This document shows, in pieces, positions 49,669 to 59,147 of a stretch of 64,000 bases of DNA (positions within the stretch are counted from its first letter, which is position 1; each line of letters opens with the position of its first letter). The notes under the pieces were generated by a model. It worked only from the letters and a program-made list of their open reading frames with translations. It did not search any database and was not told the origin of the DNA. Both the position numbers and the translations under genes were made by a program. Source of the stretch: Candidatus Bathyarchaeota archaeon (GTDB lineage: Archaea > Thermoproteota > Bathyarchaeia > Bathyarchaeales > Bathycorpusculaceae); assembly GCA_963775685.1 (NCBI GenBank), contig CAVZJV010000014.1, forward strand, positions 1,152,001-1,216,000. Reading direction: 5' to 3'.

Positions 49669-51525
49669 TTAAGCCTCTTTGGTTTCAATTATGCTTTGGT
49701 AATCTTGAATGCCTAATTCTTGAAGTTTAGCTTTTGTGGGTATGCCTTCGACTGTCCAACCGCGGGCCTGATAGTAGTCGTCAAGCATAAGGTCGAGTTC
49801 GTCTTGACTTACGACAGCTCCTTTTGCGGGTCCATCGTCGGTGATTGGTTGGTTCATGACTTTCCACGGAAGAATGTCATCTTTTCTCCCTAGTCCTTCT
49901 CGGACATTGATGAGTTTCGCTAATGTGTTTACCCTTTCGCCTGCAACGCCAAGCTCTTCTGCGGTCATGTCGACGCCCGTGACTAGACTGTAGAGTTTAG
50001 CCATGTCGACAAGCTCCTTGTAGAGTGTGCCTTTGGCATTCTTACAAATAATAAGTGAATCAATCAATGCATAGACATCTTCAGCATCTTTGACAATTTT
50101 GCCCCTTCCTTTTTCAGCCTTTAAGCGGTCAACTCCACCTTTCAAATCGATAGTGTAAGCACCGCTTCTGTTCTGATCTGCGCCACGGAAAGACACGGCA
50201 GAAGCTAAAGCCGCAGTTTTGAGGCAACGTAAATCGTAGCCTGTGGCTTCTAAGCCTTTGATTTGCTGAGCAAGCTTCATTGAGTCTTTGCCAATTTTTT
50301 GGGCAGCAACCTTAACCCCGTCAGCAAGCAAATCGCCAATTCCTTCGCGTTTGCCGATTTTTTCGATTAGTTGTATGAGTACTTCCGCGTTTCCGAAGTG
50401 AGCATCTAATCCACCAAGCTCCTCGTGTGTTAGGATGCCTTTTTCATGGCAATCCATTAAGAAGCTGACGACTACACCCGCACTTGTGGCGTCGAGGCCG
50501 TAGTAGTTGCAGAGTTCAGCAGCCTTGATTATTGCGTCAAGTTTGTCTATGCCACAGTTTGGTCCTAAAGCCCAAATGTTGTCGTATTCCATGCGTGCTA
50601 AAGTGCCCTTATAGGGACCTTCGCGGATAACGGCTTCGTGTTCGCACCGCATTGCGCATGAGTTGCAAGCGATGATTTTTGCTATATAACGTTCGTTTAG
50701 TGTTTCACCGCTGACTTTTTCAGCATTCTCAAAATGGGCATTGTTGAAATTTCGTGTAGGCATGCAGTAAAGTGAATTTGTTATCATGATGTTTTCGGAT
50801 GTCCCGAGTGTTCGATATTTCTGTGCTGCTGGACCTTTCATTCGTTCGTGGAACTCTTTGACCACTTCCATGAATTCGTCTGGTTTGGCGACTGTTATGT
50901 CGCGTGTTCCTCGGACAGCGATGGCTTTAAGGTTTTTACTGCCCATAACTGCGCCCAGCCCTGTTCTTCCTGCTGCGCGGGTTTTCTCGTTAATTATGTT
51001 GGCGATTTTTGAGAGTTTTTCGCCTGCTTCGCCGATAGATGCAACTCGAACGTAATAGTCGCCGAGTTCTGATTTAATGGCGTCTTCGGTTTCAAAGGGT
51101 GATTTGCCCCAAATATTCGACGCATCAAGAAGTTGGACTGAGGTGTCGTCAATCCAGAGGTAAACTGGCTTTTCAGCCTTGCCAGTTAAGATTAATGCGT
51201 CGTAACCTGCCCGCTTTAGTTCTGCTCCAAAGGTGCCATGGCTCACAGCTTCTCCGACACCATTTGTTTCAGGTGACTTGGATATGAACGCATGACCGTT
51301 TCCGCCTGTCGGGAACATAGTTCCTGAGACTGGACCGAGCGTTAGGACAAGCGGGTTTTCTGCGCTTAGTGGGTCAACGCCTGCTTTTGAGTTGGATAAG
51401 TAAAGTTTCATTCCAAGGCCGATGCCGCCGATGTATTTTTTGGCGTCATCTTCGCTTAATTTTTCCGTGCGAGTTTTGCCTGTGGTTAAATCAACATATA
51501 AGATTGTTCCTGCGTAACCTAGCAA
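49669..51525 (-). CDS. Aldehyde:ferredoxin oxidoreductase family protein (divergent copy)
   Basis: GYAG.IL.VDL, KSP.T, AGR.G.GAVMGSKNLKAI, CxxCxxxC, DSL..C; TTG 51525 after GGAGG. Confidence 0.93.
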   Translation of the reverse strand: MLGYAGTILYVDLTTGKTRTEKLSEDDAKKYIGGIGLGMKLYLSNSKAGVDPLSAENPLVLTLGPVSGTMFPTGGNGHAFISKSPETNGVGEAVSHGTFGAELKRAGYDALILTGKAEKPVYLWIDDTSVQLLDASNIWGKSPFETEDAIKSELGDYYVRVASIGEAGEKLSKIANIINEKTRAAGRTGLGAVMGSKNLKAIAVRGTRDITVAKPDEFMEVVKEFHERMKGPAAQKYRTLGTSENIMITNSLYCMPTRNFNNAHFENAEKVSGETLNERYIAKIIACNSCAMRCEHEAVIREGPYKGTLARMEYDNIWALGPNCGIDKLDAIIKAAELCNYYGLDATSAGVVVSFLMDCHEKGILTHEELGGLDAHFGNAEVLIQLIEKIGKREGIGDLLADGVKVAAQKIGKDSMKLAQQIKGLEATGYDLRCLKTAALASAVSFRGADQNRSGAYTIDLKGGVDRLKAEKGRGKIVKDAEDVYALIDSLIICKNAKGTLYKELVDMAKLYSLVTGVDMTAEELGVAGERVNTLAKLINVREGLGRKDDILPWKVMNQPITDDGPAKGAVVSQDELDLMLDDYYQARGWTVEGIPTKAKLQELGIQDYQSIIETKEA

Positions 51526-51571
51526 ACCTTGTTCCTCCAAGAGTTTTAAAGTATTTAGTGGTTTTGAACAA

Positions 51572-51620
51572 TATATTAAGTTAATGGGTTCTTTATTTAA
51601 AAATTCATGACTTATCACGA
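51572..51620 (-). promoter_or_regulatory. Promoter element shared by both AOR operons
   Basis: 37/49 ungapped identity to 54951-54999, includes a TTTTTAAA TATA-like box on the minus strand. Confidence 0.6.
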
Positions 51621-51741
51621 TTTTTCCAATTGCGTCAGGTACATACAGACATAACAGTTATCAAGGTAAAACCTTGGCAGTCAGAGAAAAGAAATATGAG
51701 AACCCAAAAACAATCATTAACATAAGCAGGGGCGAAGAAAA

Positions 51742-52029
51742 ATGCAGGTCAAAGTACACTATATTAGCCTGGTAAAATCATATACAAATAAGAGCATAGA
51801 TGAATTCACCCTCCCGAACGACAGCATATTATCGGATTTGCTTGACAAAATCGCAGAGTCCTATAGCAAACAGTTCATCCAGGAAGTCTATGATCCAGCA
51901 AAAAAAGAGATGAAAGCAACTTTCGTCGCCATGGTAAACGGCGTTCTAATGGACCAGCTAAAAGGCGTAAACACACAGCTCAAAGAGGGTGACAGCGTAA
52001 TTTTAATGTCGTTGATGACAGGTGGCTAA
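51742..52029 (+). CDS. MoaD/ThiS/SAMP-family ubiquitin-like protein
   Basis: VNG..L.EGD.V, C-terminal GG; between AOR genes. Confidence 0.88.
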   Translation: MQVKVHYISLVKSYTNKSIDEFTLPNDSILSDLLDKIAESYSKQFIQEVYDPAKKEMKATFVAMVNGVLMDQLKGVNTQLKEGDSVILMSLMTGG

Positions 52030-52476
52030 ACATCAAAACAGTTCACCTTAAAAGCAAACACCAGCTTGTTTTCGAAGCGAAAATGACAAAAAGACACATA
52101 CTTGCTTTGCACTGCATTCTCGACCGCTATCTAACCTATTGGTTACAACTATACCTTTGGGTTTAGGGACCCTTTGGTCAAACATCTTTTCACGCTTGTT
52201 TTTTGCTTTAGGCGTAGTTATACCTTATACTGAAGCAGCATTTTAGACGCTTAAGTAAGAAAGAGAAGGAGCGAATAATTTCTCAAAAACAAAATAACCG
52301 TTGTTACTACAATCGAGGGTACACCCCAGCGGACTAAACGGAACTGTACTATCAAATTGAGCGAATTAAAAAAAAGGAAATATTCAAAAAACCATCATTA
52401 ATCTTTTGCCCTAGAAATACTTTTGGCAAATTATAAAAAAATACCAGATGATTACCCATAAAAGAGATAGGGGAGT

Positions 52477-52992
52477 TTATTTTGTCTTGTTGGCTTCTGC
52501 CTCAGCTGTTTGGAACAGGTTTTTGACAGCTTTCTGACGGTACTTTTGTGCTAAGGTTTCTGCTGTAACGTATGTTAAAGCTTCTTCAGGGCACCATTTG
52601 ACACATTGAGGCTCTTTGGTTTCGTTGTCTGTGCAGCTGTTGCATGTAAATACAATTTTTTTGTCTGGATGCATGTTCATGGCACCGAATTGGCATGCGC
52701 TGATGCACCATCCGCAACCGTTGCAAGCATTTTCGTCGACACGAATTATGCCAGTATCACATTCCTGTTTCAAGGCGTCTCTTGGGCAAGCAGCTACACA
52801 CGCAGGGTCTTCGCAGTGCCTGCAGGTAACTGCAAGATTTACCAGAGGACCAAGACGCATAGCGCGTATGCGTGACTTGTTCGGGTTGAAAGTATTCTCA
52901 TTGACCATACTGCAGGCGTATTCGCAAACACAGCAGCCGATGCACTTGTCTGGGTCGGCAGTTACGAATTTTCTGTCTTGTGGTCGCACCAT
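52477..52992 (-). CDS. 4Fe-4S dicluster protein (AOR partner)
   Basis: Paralog of 49174-49665; four Cys clusters. Confidence 0.92.
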   Translation of the reverse strand: MVRPQDRKFVTADPDKCIGCCVCEYACSMVNENTFNPNKSRIRAMRLGPLVNLAVTCRHCEDPACVAACPRDALKQECDTGIIRVDENACNGCGWCISACQFGAMNMHPDKKIVFTCNSCTDNETKEPQCVKWCPEEALTYVTAETLAQKYRQKAVKNLFQTAEAEANKTK

Positions 52993-52993
52993 C

Positions 52994-54907
52994 TTAGTTT
53001 CCTCCTACAGTTGCGACCACCGCTTGAGGCTTGGCTTCTTTAGCGGCTTTCATTGCGTTTTCGGCAATATAAGCCAAGTCACCTAAACCAACTTGGTTTA
53101 GCCGTTCGATAGTTGGTATACCGTCAGCGGTCCATCCTCGTGAAGCGTAGTAGTCATCCAAGCCTATGGCCATTTCCTCATCATTAACGCAGACGCCTTT
53201 TGCTGGTCCTTCGTCGGGAACTGGGAAATTCTTTATTTTGTATGGGACATCATCGAATTTGCGTGTACCTTTACCTTCGCGTATGTTAAAGAGACGTGCA
53301 AGGTTTTCGATTCTGTCGCCGTCTTGCGCCATCTCCTCTGGAGTAATCGGAATACCTGTGGCCAATGTGTAGTAGTTGGTTAGGTCTTTCCAGCCGTCGT
53401 AGTATGTGCCTCTACTGAATTTGCAAACGATAAGTGAGTCGATGATGTTGTACATCAAACTCTCGTCAGTAATCATTTTACCACGGCCTTTCTCGATTTT
53501 GAAGCGGTTAACTTTGCCTTTAACGTCAGGTGAGTAAGCGCCGTTCCGAAGGTGGCAAGCACCTCGGAATGACACCGAGAAGCCCAAAGCTGCAGTCTTT
53601 AAAGTTCTCAGGTCGTAGCCGGGTAGTTCTAAGCCTTTAATGTGGCAAGCGTATTTGTATGCATCTCCGCCGATTAATTCAGCAGCTTTTGCAACCCCTT
53701 CTGCAAGGATGTTGCCCAACCAACCTTCACGTTTTCCAATCTTATGGATAATTGCAATTAAGGCTTCGGCATTACCGAACTTGAGGTCTATTCCGTCGGT
53801 TTGTTCCTTGGTGATTACTCCGTGCTCATAGAGGTCCATAGCAAATGCGACAACTACGCCGATTGAGATGCCGTCCATGCCGTACTCGTTTACTATGCGC
53901 ATGGCTTCGATAACTGCGTCAAGTCGGTCAACTCCACAGAGCGGTCCCATGCTCCAGAGACACTCGAATTCAAGCCTAGAAGTTGAGCCTTTGTATGGTC
54001 CTTCTGGTACAACTGCAATATGGTCGCAACGCATACCGCATGTTGCGCAGCCCACAATTTTTTTGACATAATGTTCGTTTAAGTATTCGCCGCTAACTTT
54101 GTTGGCACCTTCAAAAGTGGCGTTTGTCCAGTTCCTTGTTGCCAGCGCTGAAAGCGAATTAAGAACAAGGACGTTTTCAGGTGTACCTAAAGTCTTGTAT
54201 TTCTTGGTTGCTGGACCTTTCATACGTTCATGGATCATTTTGATGTATTCTTTAAAGCCTTCCATGTTGGCTACGTTAACATCTTTTGTTCCTCGAACCG
54301 TCACCGCTTTAAGGTTTTTACTACCCATAACTGCCCCCATACCTGTGCGACCGATGGCACGAAACTCGTCGTTTATGATTGCAGCAAACCTGCAGAGTTT
54401 TTCGCCTGCTTCGCCGATGGCTGATACACGAATATAGAAGTCTCCGAGTTCATCTCGGATTTTGTTATCGGTATCGTTAACAGTGGCATTCTTTAGGTAT
54501 TCGGCGTTTCGGATTTCCACTTTATCATCATCAATCCAAAGGTACGACAATTTGGGTGCTTTACCAGTTATGACAACAGCGTCGTATCCTGCGCGTTTCA
54601 GGTCGGGACCAAAAAATCCGTGGGCTTTAGATTCGCCGACTCCCCCTGTGGCGGGGGATTTGGAGACTACGGCGTAACCGTTGCCGGCTGTCGGACCCAT
54701 TGTGCCGCTTAGCGGACCGGTACAGTAGATTATCGGGTTATCTGGGTGGAACGGGTCTGTGCCGGGTTTTGAGTTGTCCATAAGTAGACGTATGCCTAAA
54801 CCAATGCCGCCGATGTAGCTTTTAGCCATTTGTTCACTTAATGGCTCGGTTCTTGTTTCTCCTGTTGTGAGGTTAACATGTAAAATTTTTCCCGCGTAAG
54901 CAAACAT
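52994..54907 (-). CDS. aor: Aldehyde:ferredoxin oxidoreductase
   Basis: GAVMGSKNLKA, CATCGMRC, EFE, D..GMD-like, RGACH, DSLIVC. Confidence 0.94.
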   Translation of the reverse strand: MFAYAGKILHVNLTTGETRTEPLSEQMAKSYIGGIGLGIRLLMDNSKPGTDPFHPDNPIIYCTGPLSGTMGPTAGNGYAVVSKSPATGGVGESKAHGFFGPDLKRAGYDAVVITGKAPKLSYLWIDDDKVEIRNAEYLKNATVNDTDNKIRDELGDFYIRVSAIGEAGEKLCRFAAIINDEFRAIGRTGMGAVMGSKNLKAVTVRGTKDVNVANMEGFKEYIKMIHERMKGPATKKYKTLGTPENVLVLNSLSALATRNWTNATFEGANKVSGEYLNEHYVKKIVGCATCGMRCDHIAVVPEGPYKGSTSRLEFECLWSMGPLCGVDRLDAVIEAMRIVNEYGMDGISIGVVVAFAMDLYEHGVITKEQTDGIDLKFGNAEALIAIIHKIGKREGWLGNILAEGVAKAAELIGGDAYKYACHIKGLELPGYDLRTLKTAALGFSVSFRGACHLRNGAYSPDVKGKVNRFKIEKGRGKMITDESLMYNIIDSLIVCKFSRGTYYDGWKDLTNYYTLATGIPITPEEMAQDGDRIENLARLFNIREGKGTRKFDDVPYKIKNFPVPDEGPAKGVCVNDEEMAIGLDDYYASRGWTADGIPTIERLNQVGLGDLAYIAENAMKAAKEAKPQAVVATVGGN

Positions 54908-54950
54908 GCTTTTTTACCCCTCAGTATGGAATAATTAGGTAATTGAAAAG

Positions 54951-54999
54951 TATATTAACATAATGGCTTTTCTGTTTAAAAATTCACGGCTAAATTCGA
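54951..54999 (-). promoter_or_regulatory. Promoter element shared by both AOR operons
   Basis: Matches 51572-51620. Confidence 0.6.
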
Positions 55000-55102
55000 C
55001 TTGTTTTTCAATTCATAACGCAAAAAAAACGCCGCCAAACCAACTCAGAAGCGAAAACTTAAACCCACACCAAACCAAATCCATTCAAAGAAGCCAAAAG
55101 CC

Positions 55103-56170
55103 TTGAACCGCTCAAATGCCCTAAAACAAACAGCAGTCAAACAGGGTAAACCATCTAACTTTCTAATAGTCAACCAAACAAACATTGTTTATTTCGCTAA
55201 TTTTTCAGGTGCAACTGCGATGCTCATACCCGAGCAAGGCGAAAACGTCCTCTACGTTTCACCAGTCAACTATGAACAGGCAAAAGAAGAAGCCAAAGAC
55301 GTAACTGTGGAATTGTTAAAACGGGGAGAAAACGTATTTGAAAAAATCGTTAACCAATCATCGGCTAAAAATTTTTGCGCCGACGATTTATCAATTGAAA
55401 GTTGGCATCGACTTGCCAGAATAACCGGTGGAGAGGAAAAAATTGAATCCGCAAACAAACTAATCCGTGACTTACGTAAAATCAAGGATGAAAACGAAGT
55501 CGGTCTCATCAGGCAAGCCTGCAAATTAGCAAACCTTGGCATTCAAACTGCTTCAAAGATCATTTGTCCAGGCATAAAAGAAAAGGAGGTAGCAGCCGAG
55601 GTTGAGTATGCCATGCGAAAAGCAGGTTCAGACGGGACTGCTTTTGACACAATCTTAGCCTCAGGTTACTGCAGTGCATATCCTCATGGAACGTTTTTGG
55701 AAAAAAAGATACAAGAAGACGATTTAGTAGTTGTTGATTTGGGGGCGACATACAAGTTTTACCGTTCAGACATAACTCGAACATTCATCGCTGGAAAACC
55801 AACGGAAAAACAGAGAAAAATCTACACAACCGTAAAGTCGGCGCATCATATGGCTCTCGAAGCCATAAAACCAGGCGTTTCGGCAAGCGTTGTAGACGCA
55901 GCAGCAAGAGGGGTGATTGAGGAGGCAGGGTTTGGCGATTTCTTTGTCCACAACCTTGGGCACGGCGTTGGCTTAGAGGTTCACGAAGCACCAGTCTTGA
56001 GCCCCGACAGCAAAGATGTTCTGACAACGGGGAACGTTGTTACCGTCGAGCCAGGAATTTACCTGCCAGGTTTTGGGGGAGTCAGAATCGAAGATACAAT
56101 CCAAGTCACACGGGATGGCGCTGAGAAATTAACTTCTGCGCCCTATTTGTTTCAAGATAAAACTAAATAA
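55103..56170 (+). CDS. Xaa-Pro aminopeptidase/prolidase (M24B)
   Basis: PHG, D.G....Y.SDITRT, HNLGHGVGLEVHE, EPGIY, GVRIED. Confidence 0.93.
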   Translation: MNRSNALKQTAVKQGKPSNFLIVNQTNIVYFANFSGATAMLIPEQGENVLYVSPVNYEQAKEEAKDVTVELLKRGENVFEKIVNQSSAKNFCADDLSIESWHRLARITGGEEKIESANKLIRDLRKIKDENEVGLIRQACKLANLGIQTASKIICPGIKEKEVAAEVEYAMRKAGSDGTAFDTILASGYCSAYPHGTFLEKKIQEDDLVVVDLGATYKFYRSDITRTFIAGKPTEKQRKIYTTVKSAHHMALEAIKPGVSASVVDAAARGVIEEAGFGDFFVHNLGHGVGLEVHEAPVLSPDSKDVLTTGNVVTVEPGIYLPGFGGVRIEDTIQVTRDGAEKLTSAPYLFQDKTK

Positions 56171-56204
56171 GCTCTCTGCGGTTTTTCTAGTTGAGAGTGA
56201 ATTT

Positions 56205-56771
56205 TTGATAAATAATCCAGCAGTAGTTCTTATTGATGTGCAAAACGATTTTTTCACTGGACCCCTAAAAACAAAAAGAGCCAAGAACGTAATTGAGCCA
56301 CTTCAGAGGCTCATGGTGGCAGCAAGAAAAAACGAGGTGCCCATTCTCTACAGCATTGACGCCCACTATCCCCAAGATGTTGAGGTAGTTCGGAAATGGG
56401 GCAGCCACTCTATTAAAGGCACGCAGGGCGCCCAAGTTATAGATGAGCTAAAACCCCAAGAAGGTATTGATTACATTGTGGAGAAACGTACCTACAGTGG
56501 CTTCTATGAGACAGGACTAGATCCGCTACTGCGCAGCTTATACAAGGGCGACGGCGTAAAAACCGTAATTCTTGGCGGCTTACATACAAACATGTGCATA
56601 CGCCACACTTCAGCAGACGCATTTTTCCGTGGCTACTACATCATTATCGCTAAGGATGGCGTCGAAGCTTTCACCTCCGAAGAGCAAACTGAGGGCCTAA
56701 AATATTTAGAGTATTTATATAACGCAAAAATAATGGAAACTAATAGTATAATACAGAAAATTGTAAAGTGA
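56205..56771 (+). CDS. Isochorismatase/nicotinamidase-family cysteine hydrolase
   Basis: IDVQNDF, EKRTYSGF, GL.TNMC. Confidence 0.9.
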   Translation: MINNPAVVLIDVQNDFFTGPLKTKRAKNVIEPLQRLMVAARKNEVPILYSIDAHYPQDVEVVRKWGSHSIKGTQGAQVIDELKPQEGIDYIVEKRTYSGFYETGLDPLLRSLYKGDGVKTVILGGLHTNMCIRHTSADAFFRGYYIIIAKDGVEAFTSEEQTEGLKYLEYLYNAKIMETNSIIQKIVK

Positions 56772-56777
56772 AAGAGC

Positions 56778-57260
56778 ATGCCGAAAATTTTAGTTGTTTA
56801 TGATTCTAAGACTGGAAACACCGAGACCATGGCGATGGCTGTGGCTAAAGGCGCAGAGGAAGCAGGTGATTTGGAAATTACAGTGAAAAGAGCCGAAGAG
56901 ACTACGCCAAATGATTTGTTTGAGGCTGCTGGTATAATCATGGGGTCTCCGACATATTTTGGGCAGATGTCCGCTAAACTCAAAGCTCTCATCGACCAAT
57001 CCGTCCTAGTTCACAAGCAGCTAAGCGGCAAAGTCGGCGGGGCATTCACCGGCAGCATCGGAACCGCCTCAGGAGCTGAAACCACTTTACTCTCCATCGT
57101 GAATGTGATGTTGATTCATGGGATGATAGTGCAGGGCAGAGCAGACGATGCCCACTATGGCGTTGCAGCGCGTGGGGCACCAAAGAAAGAAGAGCTAATC
57201 GAATGCGAGAACCTGGGCAAAACCGTTGCTAATTTAGTTTTAAATTTACATATTTGCTAA
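56778..57260 (+). CDS. Flavodoxin-like protein (WrbA family)
   Basis: YDSKTGNT, GSPTYFG, GKVGGAF. Confidence 0.9.
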   Translation: MPKILVVYDSKTGNTETMAMAVAKGAEEAGDLEITVKRAEETTPNDLFEAAGIIMGSPTYFGQMSAKLKALIDQSVLVHKQLSGKVGGAFTGSIGTASGAETTLLSIVNVMLIHGMIVQGRADDAHYGVAARGAPKKEELIECENLGKTVANLVLNLHIC

Positions 57261-57490
57261 ACCAAGTTTGGTTTGTTTTCTGTGACAAAGGCGCCCACAA
57301 GTACGGGCCTATGCCTTACAGTTACAGATGCTATGGCAAAGGTTTCATAGTGCAGGTCTCCGATTTGAAACCAAATCCCAAACGTGACCTTTTGCTTAAA
57401 CAGAATCAAAAAAGCTAAAACAAAGAATACACCGGCTATTAGCACTGCTACCCAACGATTACTCGCCAAAACACTACAAATAAGAGGCAA
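57257..57490 (-). CDS. Small membrane protein
   Basis: Hydrophobic helices, WFQI.DLH.E; C-terminus may be frameshifted. Confidence 0.45.
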   Translation of the reverse strand: MPLICSVLASNRWVAVLIAGVFFVLAFLILFKQKVTFGIWFQIGDLHYETFAIASVTVRHRPVLVGAFVTENKPNLV

Positions 57491-57840
57491 TTCAAGAGTT
57501 TAAAGGTAATTGTTAGCTTGCGGTTGGATGTTCTCTAGTAGAACAAACTCGTTCGTGAGAGAGAATTATATGACTCCTGTCTTTGATATTAGCAATATAA
57601 CATGCTCACAATTGTGGTTTTCCGGCGCCTTAGGTCCAAGAAAACCAAAAACTTACCCCGTCGTCAACGTGCAGGGTTAAGTTGTTTACTTTATTAGGTT
57701 GCCGAATTTGCGGCTTAGGTTTTAGTGTCAATCATTTTAAATCGCAAAACATTGAACAACCGCAACCAACAAGCCTCAAATACCATAATCAACTGGCTAA
57801 AAAAACAAACCAAACAATAGTAATTCATATGGCATGATAG

Positions 57841-57914
57841 TGGGCCCGAGGTGATTTGAACACCTGACCAACAGATTATGAGTCTGGCGCTCTACCTAAC
57901 TGAGCTACGGGCCC
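57841..57914 (-). tRNA. tRNA with CAT anticodon, most likely tRNA-Ile2
   Basis: GGGCCCG/CGGGCCC-A acceptor typical of archaeal tRNA-Ile, GCTC/GAGC D arm, CT-CAT-AA loop, AGGTG-TTCAAAT-CACCT T arm; no intron. Confidence 0.88.
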
Positions 57915-57997
57915 AAACCGTTGCACTCTAATACTGCTGTTTCTGAAAAGATTTAAACATTTTCCGATTGCTGTCAAACAACCTAACGGCCAAGAAG

Positions 57998-58285
57998 TCA
58001 AGCTTTCCCAAACCATTTCTCGTACCATGCGTTGAACATTGATAAGCACTCTTTTTGATAGGCTTCTTCGCTTTCTTCTTTGAGGCAGCTGGCGAGCTCT
58101 AAGTTAAGCGTGATTTCTGCTTTGGCTTCTTGGAGCAATACTTCGACGTCATCGAGCATATCGTTGCCGCCCGCAGAATAATCTTTCATCGCTTGTCTTA
58201 GAAAAACTCTTTTTTGCTTGATTAACTGGTTAATTTTGCCCTCACTCATAGGTTGCACCTGTAGGAAGATGCTTTCTGTCGCCAT
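57998..58285 (-). CDS. Hypothetical protein
   Basis: ATG 58285 just after the glycosylase stop; ends WYEKWFG. Confidence 0.6.
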   Translation of the reverse strand: MATESIFLQVQPMSEGKINQLIKQKRVFLRQAMKDYSAGGNDMLDDVEVLLQEAKAEITLNLELASCLKEESEEAYQKECLSMFNAWYEKWFGKA

Positions 58286-58286
58286 T

Positions 58287-59147
58287 TTAACATTGTGTTC
58301 GCTCATAGTGGTAGAGGTATTCTTGGGCGTAGCCTGCGTAACCTCCGAAGTAGCTTCGGGCGAACTCGCCAATTTTTAGGTATTCACCGTTGGTTAGGGA
58401 ATTATGGTTTTCCATCTTTTTGACTGCTTCTTTTGAGAAATGTTCCGCGTAATGATTCAAGATAACACGTTTAACCCAAACATCTACTGGGAAAGCATCC
58501 ATTTTTTCAAGCGAAAAAAGAAGCACACAATCCGCCACTTTTAAGCCAACCCCCGGAAACTCAAGAAGCACTTTTCTGGCTTCCAAATATGGAAAGCATT
58601 TTAAGCTTTCAAGGTTAATTTTTTCGTCAAGAATTTTTTTTGCGGTTGCATGCACATATTCAGCTCTATAACCTAACCCGCACTCCCGCAGCCCGTTATC
58701 ACTTGCTTTGGCTAAAGTCTCCACAGTGGGAAATAAGTAAAAATCGTATCCGCCAAAAAACTGTTTGTCCCCATATTTCTCGGATAGTTTTGTGAGCATC
58801 AGCTCGATTGCTACAATGTTCTTGTATGTGGAGCAAATAAAGCCGATAAGGCACGCCCAAGGTTCCTGACGAACAAGCCGCAGGCCCTCAAACCTGCGCA
58901 ATGCTTTGCGGATATGGGCATCTTTGTCGATGCATTGACTGATTTGCTCTAAATCGTCGTTTAAACCAAAGTAGTGCCGCACAAACTCTTCACAAACACC
59001 CTCAAACTCCAAATCGCTTCCGCGTTGTCGAACCTTAAAAACATGGTCCCCGGCAACGCCGTACCACCATCCTCCGAGCTTTTTCCACCTAAATACTTGC
59101 CCGCAACAAAGCGAAAAATCCAAATCAAAAGGCACATCAAGTTGCAT
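58287..59147 (-). CDS. 8-oxoguanine DNA glycosylase (OGG1-type HhH-GPD)
   Basis: L.CGQVFRW, RQEPW, GLGYRA, GVG.KVADC, FPVDVW, AGYAQEYLY. Confidence 0.9.
   Translation of the reverse strand: MQLDVPFDLDFSLCCGQVFRWKKLGGWWYGVAGDHVFKVRQRGSDLEFEGVCEEFVRHYFGLNDDLEQISQCIDKDAHIRKALRRFEGLRLVRQEPWACLIGFICSTYKNIVAIELMLTKLSEKYGDKQFFGGYDFYLFPTVETLAKASDNGLRECGLGYRAEYVHATAKKILDEKINLESLKCFPYLEARKVLLEFPGVGLKVADCVLLFSLEKMDAFPVDVWVKRVILNHYAEHFSKEAVKKMENHNSLTNGEYLKIGEFARSYFGGYAGYAQEYLYHYERTQC

Noticed and set aside
57841-57914. Second integration site at tRNA-Ile, or functional clustering with pdaD (agmatidine)
   Set aside because: No duplicate of its 3' end seen in the window; pdaD is more than 50 kb away
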